A DNA stretch of 36,670 nucleotides from Octopus bimaculoides (lineage: Eukaryota): positions 56,208,982-56,245,651 of the forward strand of contig NC_068986.1 of NCBI RefSeq assembly GCF_001194135.2, given 5' to 3'. The first letter of the stretch is position 1. Each line of letters begins with the position of its first letter. Made by a program: the position numbers and the translations under genes. The notes under the pieces are model-generated. The model did no database searches. It saw nothing but the letters and a program-made list of their open reading frames with translations, and was not told the DNA's origin. Below are positions 11,151 through 24,116 of the stretch, piece after piece.

Positions 11151-12237
11151 AATTTACATTCAGCGTCCAACCCATGCCAGCATGGAAGTGGACGTTAAAC
11201 AATGATGTATACACTTGGTAGTGACTGTTCACCGTATTTGGCTACCCCATTATTTATAAGAGATTGGTTCTTCATTGAATATCAGTTCTTTGTATAGATG
11301 TGCAGCACACAACTACAATGGATTGTTATACAAATAAGCAATATGGCAAATATAAAACAAGCTATCTTCTGACAAGTCACCTGAGGAGACATATCTGCAT
11401 CTTTGATACACCACAAGTGTTCGTACAGTATCTCACTGCATGATGGTTTCAAGCGATTCTAGGGAGTAAAGAGTCTCATGGATTATAAAGGCATTGAGAT
11501 GGCAAAAGTGCTTCTGTGTTATCGAAAATGCTGAAAAGCATTCCTTCAAACTTTGTTCCGAGAGCAAATCTACTTAAGTTCACTGCTTTTCAGCCTTTCA
11601 GGTTTGGTAAAATAAGTACCAGTTGAGCACAAGATCAATGTAATTGACTTACCTCCTCCTCCTAAATTGCTGGCCTTGTGTCAAAATTTGAACCAAGATA
11701 TATGAAAAAAATGTTGAAAATATACTTGGATTCTTTTAGATTTAACCAGTCTCACAATTTTGTAGTTTTCCAAGTAGTGTGAGGTGGATGGGCTGGGGCT
11801 ATGCCACAACCATCTTCCCTATGACCACAGTTTGAAAATTCACACATTCTTTGGGGGGAGGGAAGATTATAACACAATTTGCACTAAGTAAAGTCTGATT
11901 TGTTGAACATAGTCACAAGGTCAAGTATTAAATTTGATTAGTTCTCCTGGCATCTACACATTTGAGTCATATGACTGTATGAATGTAAATTCTGCCAAAG
12001 ATTAAGGATACATTAACAGAAACTCTGTTACTGAATCATTTGATGTAGTAACTCTCTAGATTAGTATCCCTCATGAAAATGAACCAGAGATAGAATTCCA
12101 GCCTGAAAAATTCCCAACTATTTAAGACTGAATTAAAAAAGAGATTAATTACTAAAGGAAGTGTCTCTCTCATTGGCATCAGAGCATTTCAGCTATCACA
12201 TCTGCATTCTCATTTGTCTAGTAACTTAACAGGTGCG

Positions 12238-12464
12238 TTAATCTTTAGTTTTTGAACAAGTCACATCTGGCCCAAATATTCTACCTGTTTTACGTTCAAG
12301 CCGGCCAGAGCTGGCCTCTCATACCTAACCAACAATGTCATTCTAGAAATTAACAATCACAACATTGAAATTTTAAATCTACAAGATAAACTATGATTAA
12401 TTCAAAAGAATGTGAATAAATAAACATTACACTTGACAGAGCAATCTGAATACTACGAGGTTAA
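12238..12464. mobile_element. About 220-bp MITE flanked by TTAA (piggyBac-like)
   Basis: TTAA at 12238-12241 and 12461-12464. Decayed inverted ends (TCTTTAGT.. / ..TACTACGAGG). The interior matches a repeat I recall from octopus sequence (not verified). Confidence 0.45.
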
Positions 12465-12532
12465 GATGATAAAATAAGCGTGCACACGAAGATAGGAATA
12501 ATAAGATAACACTTTATATACAAAAATAGGAT

Positions 12533-12551
12533 TTTATTTTCTTCTTTTATT
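12533..12551 (-). terminator. Candidate polyadenylation signals of the host gene (two AATAAA hexamers)
   Basis: TTTATT on + at 12533-12538 and 12546-12551, followed on the minus strand by a T/GT-rich stretch. Several nearer AATAAA exist, so the real site is uncertain. Confidence 0.3.
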
Positions 12552-14439
12552 CCTGTAAAAAGAAATTATCAATTATATACATATTTATTTTTTTAAAAAT
12601 CAATGAGGAAACAAAAAAAAATGAGATCAATCTTTATTCTTTTCCCCCACTTTTTCCATTTCTTCTAAAAAAAAAAAAACCCACATAGATGTAAAAAGTA
12701 AAACTAATGTAAATTTAGTTACAAATAAATGATATCTGTGATAAATGGAAATGAAACAAGGTAATGAGAGCAATATAATGGACCTAATGCAAAACTGGTA
12801 AGCTTTTGAGGTCCCCCATACCATTAAGTTCTGGTTTAATAAACAACATATACTGCTAATCTCACTTTTACATGGTAAATGAAAACTCAGTATGGTTGGT
12901 ATCTAAACAAAATAATCCTTTCATGATCAACACTTTTCCTTTAAATTAAACTTAAAACTAAATACTTATAAAATACCTTCTTCATAACATTTGACACTTC
13001 ACTATTCCTTTTGTATAGATTTAACATCCTTCATGTACAATTAAGGAATGAAAGAAGAAAATACTGATTAAAAAACAATCTATACCAAAAGGAGAAAAAC
13101 CAAAACAAGGAAACGAAGCCCTATAACTATTAGGAGAATCTCTCTAAAAAGAACAATAAAAGCATTTGGCATCACAAATATAGAAGAGATAAAATATAGA
13201 CCATGATCTACAATCGAATTCTAGTCTTTAGATTGTTTGATATTGTTTAGGCCTGAGCAGATAAATCTATGATTAAAGCCATGACTATACTGTCTTGTTT
13301 TCAGAGATCATATATCCAGGGTCCAACCTTTTCTAAAACAGCAGGGTGTAATTTGGGAGTGATATGGTTGCTATTTCTTGCAAGTAAGGTTTTCTTTCTT
13401 TTTTAATCTTTTAAACAGGGATAAAGGCAGTACCCATGACCCTTTACCAGGACCAGGTGGTAAAGATCCACTGTTAGTTCATAACTATTTGATACATTTG
13501 AAAGGCAATTAATAATATAATGCAAACTAATTTTAGATAATATAGTAATAGCAGAGAAAAAGCTTTGAATAAATTCAATTTACATTTTCATTTTGATTTA
13601 GTCTGATTTGTTTTTGTCCCTAAATACTGAAACAAACTGTTCTGAAATGAGGTAGAGTATTTTCTTTATTCTCACTATTTTAGATCACAGGGAAATCTAT
13701 AAGATAGTTTAGTGAAATGCATCATAATGCAATCACATGAACATCCTTCACTTTTATATTGCATAGAAAACTTTCTTTTTCTAACTACATTACTTTTACA
13801 TAAATATTTTATAAAATGAACAAACAGATCCATTAACCTTCAGAAATCCTAACAATAAAATTAAGATTCAGATAAAAGAAGAGAAAGATCAAAAATGATA
13901 AATGCAAGATGAACTAGAGATAATATTTGCACAAGAAGAACTAGCTTGAATATAGATTTCACAAGCCAAATGCTAAGCAAGTTTCAATGTTATTTAGAAA
14001 TTGCAGGTCCATGCTAACAATGCATAGAATAACTGTTGAAAGTTGGCCCTATTGGCAAAGGATAGCACAAAATCAGAACAGGAGCCAGCGAGGGAAGTAA
14101 AACATCATTACTATAATTACTGTCACAACTACTGATTGCACATATCCGATATCAAAATTGGTTGAATGACCTAGAAAATACAAATAAATAAGTACACATG
14201 GTTTTATGTCTGTTTTTTCATGATAGCATAGGTTAGACAAATATGTTATTGAGGTGTTTTGCAGCCCTTTCTGTTGCTAATCCTTACCTGTTTTTCAAGG
14301 AAGGAATCACTTATTCCACTTTGCTTTGAAGATATGATGCAAAGGGACAATTTGTTGATAGAATTGGTGGCAACATCATTACCAATTGTAGATAGTAACT
14401 TTTGTAGAAGCAAGCACAAAAAATGAAAGCACACACTAA

Positions 14440-14630
14440 TGCAGGTGTACAGACACACAAACACAAATGACAAACTTTTTTCAGCTTTTGCCTACTTAAT
14501 CTATTCATGGGGTTTTGGTCTGCCTGAGACTATAGTAGAAGACACTTGCCCAGGGTGCCATATTGTAGAACTGAATTCAAAGTCGTGTGTGACAGGGAAT
14601 CAAACTTCTTAACCACACTGCCATGCTTGC
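14440..14630 (-). mobile_element. SINE family A copy (tRNA head plus 5' body)
   Basis: Reverse complement reads GCAAGCATGGCAGTGTGGTTAAGAAG...GGCAAGTGTCTTCTACTATAG, matching 32587-32690. Confidence 0.7.
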
Positions 14631-14699
14631 ATACTAAAATTAAGTAAGTAAGAACAAATATCATAAATAATAAAAATTGGTGAGATCATAAACTAAACA

Positions 14700-15185
14700 T
14701 GGTCAGTGATGACAATGTTGCCATCATCTCCTGGGATATGCCCATCGACATTGGCAGAAAGAAAAAAGTCAAAAAGCCACGGACAGAGTATTTATACTTT
14801 GCCAACACTGCAATACTTTCTGAAAGAAACACCTCCATGAGAGTCAGAGACAGTGATCAAATACAAATGACTGGAGATCAAATCAAAAAGATGTGGAATA
14901 TGAAGACCAAAATAATAACAGGTCACAAAGAGCACTAGGACTCACGAAGAAGAGAATGGAAAAGTTCAGCAACAGTATCTCTTGCAAAAATCAACATCAA
15001 CACAGATCAAACAATCTGGAGCAGTTCACATACTACAGAGAGTGTTGTCAATCAAGTGATATTTTTTCTATAGTACCTCAGGTCCATAGTGTGGACCTGC
15101 TCCTACAACATATAAAACAGGAAATACAAAAGGAATAACAACAACAACAAAATAATAATAATGATAATAGCAACAAGAACAATAA
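14700..15185 (+). mobile_element. Second R4/Dong-like restriction-endonuclease C-terminal fragment with 3' UTR and (AAC/AAT)n tail
   Basis: ORFs 14699-14938 and 14893-15138 carry ISWDMPI, KMWNMKT and ALGLTKKRMEKF; a third frame gives GAVHILQRVLSIK*. These parallel the motifs of 9503-9880. Tail at about 15135-15185. Confidence 0.65.
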
Positions 15186-17004
15186 TGAGGGAAACAAATA
15201 TGTACAGCAAAATAATTATATATTAATCTGTTATATAAAAGAAACAAGAAAAATATTTTACGAAATGTAAATCAACCAAATCTACATGTATGATCAAAAG
15301 ATATACAAGATTAAAAATTGCATCATTAAAAAAAAATGAAGTGATTAGGCTACAAATGAGGATTAAAATTTGTCTTACAAATTCTTGTTCTATAAAACTT
15401 GTAATATTTTCAAAATTAATAACAGCAATTAATCAATTTGTTCACTGATTTAACAATTTTTAACATTTGGCTTGCTTTAGACAATGCACACAAACACATA
15501 CATCTCACACAGATGTACATACAGAAATCAGTGATTGTGTGGTCTATCAACTTGTGAGAAATAGCAGCTAAATCTCCCTCAAATTATCCCCTAAAAAATC
15601 ATGAGTGACATGGCTGGAATCCCTTTAATCAAAGGTTTGTTCAATCTGGTAATAATCACAACAATAAATGAAATCGAAAATGTTATCTAATTTAAATTTC
15701 CTTCTTAAAAACAAAAATACTTGCACCAAGTAAATCACAAATACACTGTTTCGATTTTAATATTTGAACTTTAAAACAATTCTAAGAAAATATGACTAGA
15801 TTTCACATCAGCACTGGTTAGAAGAGTTTGCAAATGTCCATTCAATTCCACACACACATACATACAGATAATGATGATTGAGATACATATATATGACAGA
15901 AAATGCTATTATTTGATAAAAATGCTAATGAAAATGATTTCATAATTACAACAATCATAATACTGAAAATTTAACCCCACACTAATCTAAATATTAACAG
16001 ATTCATTTTTCAAAATAAACATACTCTTCTCAACACAATAGCATGCTTATATATATATATATATATACAAAATAACAAATGTTCATACACTCCAACTTTT
16101 CAAATATTTATGTGTGAGTGTGTGAGAGAGAGATTCAAGTACAAAATTAAAAGGCTTATAGTACATCAATATATTCCTTTGAATTTTGAATAATCATTTT
16201 TTTATTGTTTGATGAAGCAAATAATTCAATGAAATTGAAATATTAGCTTAGCAAAAATTGACAAACAGCCAATAACAAATTAAAAAAAAATCAAAGCATG
16301 AATACAATATAAATCCTTTTGAAATACAACTAACTCATGAATATCTAATGCTTAAAAATATATATGTAAATATATAGATATATCACATTTCACATCCAGC
16401 ACTTCATAAAAAAATAGATTAAAAAATATTTTATTTCTTATATATACACACATGCGCACATTTTTATTGGTAAATTTTCAGTGTTATTAATAACATTCTT
16501 ACAAAATTGTTTCCTGTCTGCATTTATTGTGAAAATGCATTCTGATATTATGAAGAAGACTAAAATAGAAGAGTGAATAGGAACCTGTTCAGAGGCAGTT
16601 CATAAATGCAAGTAAAAGCTTCAGAATTGAAATCTATAAATTGCAAACAATTTAATTTAATTTTAAGGCATTAATTAATATTCAGCACAATATCTTGATC
16701 TTACAGGATGCTAAACACTCATTTGATTACCTCACCTTCTTCAAACGATGACTAAGTTGGTCTATAAGTAAAACTAATACTATAGAACATTTCTCTTACT
16801 GATAAACAGGCACCTATTTAAACTTTAGCAATGTAATGGGTAAGAGACATCTCAATTAAAAAAACAATCATTGCTTTATTTTAACTTTTTTTTTTTTTAG
16901 AACTGAGATATTCTTTTTCTGCCCAAGAATTTATTCCAGAAATATAAGTTACATATTCAGAAACTTAGAGTTTCGCTTCAGTCAAGTAACCTGAATAAAT
17001 TAAT

Positions 17005-17028
17005 AGAAAGAGAGAAAGAAAGAAAGAG

Positions 17029-17081
<53 letters not shown>

Positions 17082-17125
17082 CGAGGGATGAAAAGAAAAG
17101 AGAGGGCTAGCGAGATAGAGAGATT
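17005..17125. repeat. Imperfect (AG)n tract, 220-340 nt past the stop codon
   Basis: Direct reading. Confidence 0.9.
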
Positions 17126-17343
17126 ATACATAGTCAAGTCCTTTCCTCAGACACTAAGCAAACATTATCGACATGTTGGTCACCTAGAGGAAAAACACAA
17201 AATAATCTCAAAGAATAGATCTTAGTTAACTGTATTGTTTAAACAAGTTATTCAGGTTATTTCTATCACTCTCAGTTAAGTTTATATTCTTTGTTCATCT
17301 TTACTTTTTTTTTTACTAATCCAGTAATTTACGATCTACATAT

Positions 17344-17456
17344 TCAACCATACTGCTCTTTATCTTTCAACACTTCTTGTTGTCTCTTTAAAATGGCAGC
17401 ATTCATTTCTTGAATACGTTGGATTTTTCGATCAAGTTCACTTTCCTTAGAACAAT
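17344..17456 (-). CDS. Host gene terminal coding exon: (D)CSKESELDRKIQRIQEMNAAILKRQQEVLKDKEQYG*, predicted coiled-coil
   Basis: Strong acceptor tttttttttcttattcag, phase-1 entry matching the previous exon, TGA at 17346-17344. Sequence resembles the recalled CCDC9 N-terminal helix (ELDKRIEALRRKNEALIRRYQEIEEDRK). Confidence 0.85.
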
Positions 17457-17814
17457 CTGAATAAGAAAAAAAATAGGAGAAAAAAATATGAGTAAAATAT
17501 AGAAATTAGATACAAAGAAATCAATTATGAATGAGTATTTTTCACAGTTTAATGTTTGAAGCTTGCAAAATCTAAATTACAACTTGTTCACACCTTAGAA
17601 CCTCCCCTATACATTATACAAATGGTTATTATAGCCATAATTTCATATATATTTCCAATAGTGTTTAAGAACACTAAAGGATTAATAGTTAAAAATGACT
17701 TATCTAGCCCCTGATCAACCTTAATCAAGTTGTCCTAATACAACACTGTGTAACAGTTTTTGTCCTTGGGTAGCAACTGATATTTCCTATTTGCTTACCC
17801 CTAAGAAAGTATGA

Positions 17815-18030
17815 AAAATGGCTAATATTTCCTTCAAACTTTGCTTTCCTTACATTTATTCAAACCCAAAAGAATCCTTCTCAACACATGGCTATGATGC
17901 TCCCAAACTATTTCTGCTCATGATCAGAGATGTACATATTGCCAGCCACTAAGACACATGCTTAAGTGGTTATGGTCAAGCAACTGACAACCAAATCTGT
18001 GGTGTTGAGCAGAATATTTGCTATAACAAT
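17815..18030 (-). mobile_element. Short interspersed repeat family C, partial copy
   Basis: CTCAACACATGGCTATGATGCTCCC...CAGCCACT...GGTCAAGCAA shared with 8720-8850 and 10545-10587. Confidence 0.65.
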
Positions 18031-20116
18031 ATTTCTGCTTCAACAACAGTGCTGAATCTGTCTGAAATGTAATGGAAAATAAGTCAGTTTCAAAACATTG
18101 ACGTCCAGGTCACAAAAGCAAAGTTTGAAGGGAATAGTAGTCATTTCCTTTGATTTCTAGATAGAAGCAAACAGGAAATAACACTAATGAAAGAAAAAAA
18201 AAATTAAAATTTTGTTACAGTGTAATTATAGGTATTCCAGCCATGATCTTTTTTATAAAACAATTAGTGTGTTATAAGAGGGAGATTTAACTACAATGTT
18301 TAGCAACATGAGCAACCACATAGCAGCTCCTTCACTGACTTGAGTTTAATTAAATAAATCATTATCTCATTAAATTCAGGGGCATTAGTATTTAGAATTA
18401 AACCTTCTATATTTTAAATTCAAATTATTCTAACAATTAACTCATATCATTCTTTCATCTTTCCAGGGCTGATTACATTTGTATCAGAAAGAATATTTAT
18501 GGGCATTCAAATTAACTAAATTCCTTCACTTACAAATAAATCTATGGTCATATATACCACCAATCAACCAATATGAGAAATTAGTATCAATTTCATAAAA
18601 TAAATGTTATTGTTAATCAATCCAAATAAGTTCATTAAGGTTTAATACACTGGAACAATAATTGTGAGATTAAAGTGCAACACTATTAGTTGTGGAACCA
18701 ATGAGCTCAAACATTTATTAATTACTAGAGTAACAACTGTAGATTAAGAATAAACAAACAAATAGTGTCATATCTATATGTGTTTAGTTTTGCTGTGAAA
18801 TCAAGCACACAAGAGCTTTTTTGACAGCTAGGAATGATGAAATGTCCGGCAAGGTACATAACTCAGCTTTACTCAGACAACTCGACTGACAAGTTAAGTT
18901 AGTTTGATGCCGTTAACATGAAAAAAAAGAACAATAGATAATATAGTTTTAACATATTTAATGCAGGAAGCATGACAAAGCTAACAAGAAAAAATTATGC
19001 AATGAGGGGTAAAAAAGGAAAATATTCTAACTAGAATCTAACAATTAACTAACATTCTGGTTAGGTCTTTAGGTTAGCTACTTCCTTTCTTCCCTACAAT
19101 GTTATAAATCCTGTAAAAGATCCACCAACTCAAGCCATTAAAAAATTAAAAAGAAAAATATACATAAAATGTTAACACTAATTTTATAATTTTTTTTTCA
19201 TACCCTAAGAGTAATTTACTCTGAATTTGATAAGAATGTTGTTTAAAGTCAGGTTGAACTAGCATCAGCAGGTTGAATTAGCATCTGAAAGCTTAGCAGA
19301 TGTATATCTTATTAGCAGTGTGGCAACTCACAGCAGCCAAATAAACTGTAAATATATAGAACTCATAGCTATAAGCAGGTGAAGCACCATTAGCATTATT
19401 TACAGTTTACTGAGTATTTTGTTAGATCCTCCCAGGAAGTATAAAATTTCACCAGGCTAACTTGTGCTAAACAACAATACATGAAGATGAAGTTCGTTAC
19501 AGTGATCCTACAAGTTGATGGGTTATGAGGCCCAGCCTGTCCCAACATAAAACCTTGCCAGACAAACACAAAATACAGGGCTTACTTTCAAATTCAGTGC
19601 ATCATGTGCAACAAGAAATGAAGCATATTATTAAGTGATTAACCCTTCTACTGCCATATTTGACAACAGCTGAGTAAACAAGCCAAAGGAACCACTAAAT
19701 AGCCACATAACTACTAAAAATAACAAACAAATCCTCCTCAAATCATACTCTATTGTGTTGGGAATGGAGAAAATAGACTGAATAATGCAGTACATTATTC
19801 ATAGATATTAAAAGGTGGGATGTTAATGGGTGGAAAAACTTTGATCAAAGTTCTCTGAATCAAGTTTGACTTAAATATGAACAACAAAAACCAATGATTA
19901 ATAACATTTACAATTATTTTGTTCAGTTAGCTACCAATGACTGTCATTTTGTATTACACAGCTGTTCCATTAACTGTAATTGGCTCCTATGGTCGTTTAC
20001 TTCTAGTTTCATGTTTAGAGATAGTAAGAGATAGTAACAGCTAAAATTAGGGAAATGCAGATTGAAATTGTACAGAAGGTCATTGGATATGTGAGTGAGT
20101 GCATAAGTGGGGGAGG

Positions 20117-20201
<85 letters not shown>
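20117..20201. repeat. Long (GA)n microsatellite
   Basis: Direct reading. Confidence 0.97.
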
Positions 20202-20204
<3 letters not shown>

Positions 20205-20709
20205 GGGGTTAGTAACCTCAGCCTGTAAAAACCTGTACCCTCTACACAAACACCAACAAATCAAAGCAATTCTAGGGACTGGAAGAACCCTGCAAAGGGA
20301 GAATGAAGCATTGTAACTGAAGCTGAAAGAATGTTACACTGCCAATATCTTTCCAGATGCCATGGAGCAAAACCACAAGTGCTTCGTGAATCATTAGAGC
20401 TATGCATTAAATTTACAAAACAGCCCTGGATGCTACTAAGTGCAAAAGAAACAACCTTGCCATCCTAGTAAGAAAATGAGAAGTTCTAGGAGCTGCAGAA
20501 ATTTAAAGAGGTAAATCTAGAATAGAGATGAGTGGAGGGAGTGTTCATAGTCTAAACTTCAAGAGGAGCCAAGGGCCTCAGTAAGACAATAAGACAAAGT
20601 AATGCATTTGATCTACTCAAAAACAAAAACACTTAAAGTTAATATCCAAGCATGGCTGCAGTCTAAGGATTAGAACCAATGAATGAAAGAATACCAAAGA
20701 ATACGTCAA

Positions 20710-20747
<38 letters not shown>

Positions 20748-21028
20748 GCAGGGGAAATTATTTTTCATTAAGTCCAAATGCAAGGTTCTATTTCAGAAAT
20801 TAATTGGTAGTGATGGCATTGCTGCTAAGGATGATGATATTGGCTATCTTAAAAGGTCATATTTTACCCTGAAAAATGATGTGGCAAGGTGGAGAACCAG
20901 GCTGTGGTCAATGTAGCACTGAAAGGGTTAATTGAAACAGATGCAATTAACAGCTGTTGATAAAAAAAGAGTAAATTAATAACAAAAAAGAAAATCAAAA
21001 ATTTCACACTAAATATAGTTTACTTTAC

Positions 21029-21178
21029 CTATTTTGGTTTTCTTGCTCTCCTTTTTACTGTGGTGCTTGTCTTTGCTTTTTTCAAAAGACTCTTGTTTTG
21101 ATTTTGATACTACCCCTAACCGCTGATGTGCAGACAACCTATCTTCCACACTATCTTTCTGTTGAAAAGTATGACTAC
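21029..21178 (-). CDS. Host gene exon (150 nt, phase 1-1): (G)SHTFQQKDSVEDRLSAHQRLGVVSKSKQESFEKSKDKHHSKKESKKTKI
   Basis: Within ORF 21009-21197. Acceptor tattttttccag, donor AG|GTAAAG. Phase-compatible on both sides. Confidence 0.85.
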
Positions 21179-21477
21179 CTGGAAAAAATATGTTCAATAG
21201 GAAATGATTACCAAAATATTATAGACTGCCAATGTGGTTAACAATATTAGACAATATAAGCACTGACAAGAGACAAAAAAATGAGTAACTCAAATAATGT
21301 ATCTAGAGTAGTAATGTAGGCTTAGAAGTTTTCTTGACCAGCTCTATCAAACGCTTGATCAACAACATGTGTGGGTCAACTAAAGCTGCTGATAAAAACA
21401 TGGACAAAAAAATTTGAAAAATGATAACAGAAAACCAGAACTAGATTATGTATTCAATTCACTTGAACCTTCAACCC

Positions 21478-21645
21478 AGCTGTTGTTGTTTAGATCCAAA
21501 TCAGCTTTGACTGAGCTGATATAATCGAAGGCATTCCAGTTGTGATCATTCCATCTTTTTGGACATCTGGGATTATATTATCCAATGTCTTCATCTTTAC
21601 AAATGTTGGATGCATTCTGAGCAAGATTTGGTTGCTATTTCTAGC
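21478..21645 (-). mobile_element. Short interspersed repeat family D with (AAC)n tail; other copies at about 628-785, 835-985, 1005-1075, 2240-2315, 15530-15650, 35975-36147 (+) and 13230-13385, 18230-18305, 21820-21995 (-)
   Basis: Recurrent motifs GAAATAGCAGCCAAATCTCCCTCAAAT, CATTGGATAATG, GTCATGGCTGGAAT and a terminal TAAACAACAACA. Class not assigned. Confidence 0.6.
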
Positions 21646-22689
21646 TTGTTGAATGAGTTTGTTGAGGCGCTCTTGTTAGCTCAAGTACTTATTACAGTAT
21701 AAGCACTCAGTAACATACAGAAGTCAATTCACTTTGCTAACCCTAAAGATTTGCAAAGTTTGTGAAGAGAAATGAATAAATATCACCATTAACATCAAAG
21801 ACAATCCAAATATTTCAGATGGTGGTTGCCCCAGATCAAACCTGATTAAGATCAATGAACAGAGGTATTCTAGCTGTGACCATCTTTCTTTTTAGGCATA
21901 TCTAGGATTACATTATCCAATGTATCCTTTCTTTTTTAAGACTGGGGATATGGTTTCCGGGAGAATTGGCAATGATTTCTAATAGGACAGGGTTCACATA
22001 GACCAGTGGTTTTGAAACAATTTGCCTAAAGAGGATTCTTGATTTAGCCTGAATTTTTAAAAATACATTTTAAGTCTTTAAATAATCCACGTGCTTGAGG
22101 GCATTTTGAAAATGTGTTACTCATAATTTTGTTATAATAATAATGATGATAATGTACTACAACACACTGGAAAAGAGTGAAAGAGAAGACAATGCAGTAA
22201 TAAGTCAAATAAAGAATGACAATAATAACAGCCAAAAGTAAATACATAGTACACAGGATAAAACACAAACAAACAAGGAAAGTGAACAGTAAAAACACCA
22301 CAAAAAGGGAAGTCATACACAAGTATGACTAATAAAATAAGATTTTTTAAAAATTTTTAGCTCAAAGGATTTAAAAAACAAAAAGAAAAACTTTCCAAGC
22401 AAAGTATAGAGGTAATTTATTTTCATTTGATCTCTAGTGTACTGTAAAGTTAAAAGGACTGAGAAATCATTGACATAGACCATACCCTTGTAATTGGATT
22501 TGGTAGATAGAAAATGAAAGAAGCCCAGCATATGTGTATATACATATGTACATATGTGTATGTGTTTGTGTCTCCTTGTCTTGACATCGTATGATAGTAG
22601 TAAAATAGTTGTCACTTTCATAAAAGCAATGTCATTCATTTCCAATATTCTGAGAACATGCCTCACCATGAGGAATTATTATTATCTTG

Positions 22690-22806
22690 CTCAGTAGAAT
22701 GTGAGGATTGGCAACAGAGAAGGCATCTCACCATAGAAAATCTGCCTCAATGAACTCTATCTAATGCATGTAAGCAATGGAAAAGTGGACATTAAAATGA
22801 TGATAG
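22690..22806 (+). mobile_element. RTE 3'-terminal remnant; similar remnants at 11160-11208 and 23600-23692
   Basis: Matches 28335-28498 (GTTGGCATTAGGAAGGGCATC...ATGGAAAGCGGATGTTAAA(TGA)n). Confidence 0.6.
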
Positions 22807-24116
22807 ATTCCTTCATTAGCTCATTAAATATTTAGCAAAATACTGCAGTCAATTCACTTGACCAATAAGCATTTACATTCTGCTTAAGAAATAGATACAA
22901 CCATTATTAAGCATTAGAGACAATCCAAACACCTTACGTGGTTTTAGTTTAGATTAGCATTTTGTAATATAGAACAGAACTGAAACATAGGAGACCAACT
23001 TACTTCTATCATATCACCTGTCAAGCTTTTTATCACACAGCCACACTTGCACCTATGATCATAAATATGTTCAACTTATTCTATCAACGTTATAAAAAAT
23101 ATTTTTACAGAACCTGCAGTTTCACAAAGGAAGTTCTTTTTTTTTCTTTCAAATAATATTTAAGACATTTATACTTATCCCAAAGGCTTTAATGAAAATG
23201 TAAAAAAATCTATGAGCTGAGAATTAAAACTAGGTCACAAGGAAATTATTTCTAATTCAGAGTAAAGAGGATTCTAGAAAGCCTCTCCAATGCCTATGAC
23301 ATGATAAATACATCCAGTCCAAGCTGTATAGTGATCATTGGTGATAAGGGCATCCATACACAACAACAAAACAAACAGGAATAGGTTAAACAGCATTACA
23401 GCCTGATTCCAAATAAAACAGTAATGAACAACATACATAGAAGAAGATGCTGCCAATTCTGTCCATTAGTTTGCCTGCAATCATTACTTTTGAGTTGTAT
23501 GTGCAACTATTTATTTTTTTGCTTAGCAAAGTTAGACACAAGGGCCCAAGTCTGAGAGGGTGAAGTTGGACACAAAAGCCCAAGTCTGAGAAGGTTAAAG
23601 AACAAAGAACCACAAGACTTGAGACACAGCATGGGGATAGATCCATCCAATCCATACCAGCATGGGAAAATGGATATAAAATGATGATGACAATTTAGTG
23701 CATACCATCTTTAAAAAGAGAAATATTGATGTCTACTATATTAATGCAATAGGGACAAACAGCCCTCAACAACTTAAAGGCCTAACACCTTGATAGAGAG
23801 AGGCTGGGAGAAATAGAGGAAAAAAAAAGAAACAGACTAATGTATAACAAACGCACTAAAAGTTTTTTCTTGCATTCACATAAAAATTTTCCACACTTTT
23901 ACTGCCTTCTGACTGGGAGAATAGTTTTGTCTTCCTTGTTTTTCTTTCGAGAAAGAGTAGTTATTCATTGTTCTCTGTAAAGTATAAGTTGAAAGCTCAT
24001 ATCCAGTCAAAATCCTTATCAAGTAAAACTACACCAGTTTGAGTAAACATCCCCAGTGAAAAACATTAATATAAAAAAAAAAGCAAATTTTTTAAATAAA
24101 AATATCTACAACTAAC

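Noticed and set aside
20200-20580. Sequence resembling a decayed LINE 5' region
   Set aside because: No protein motif could be translated.
19639-20931. Possible piggyBac-like element (TTAA-CCCTT...AAGGG-TTAA)
   Set aside because: Only about 10/14 TIR match over 1.3 kb of heterogeneous sequence. The right end may be a real terminus, but the pairing is unsupported.
22044-22322. Hydrophobic membrane-protein-like ORFs
   Set aside because: By-product of T-rich intronic sequence; no motifs or splice support.
23531-23598. 34-bp direct repeat pair (also 19245-19290 and 1587-1622)
   Set aside because: Two adjacent units without spacers: ordinary local duplication, not CRISPR-like.
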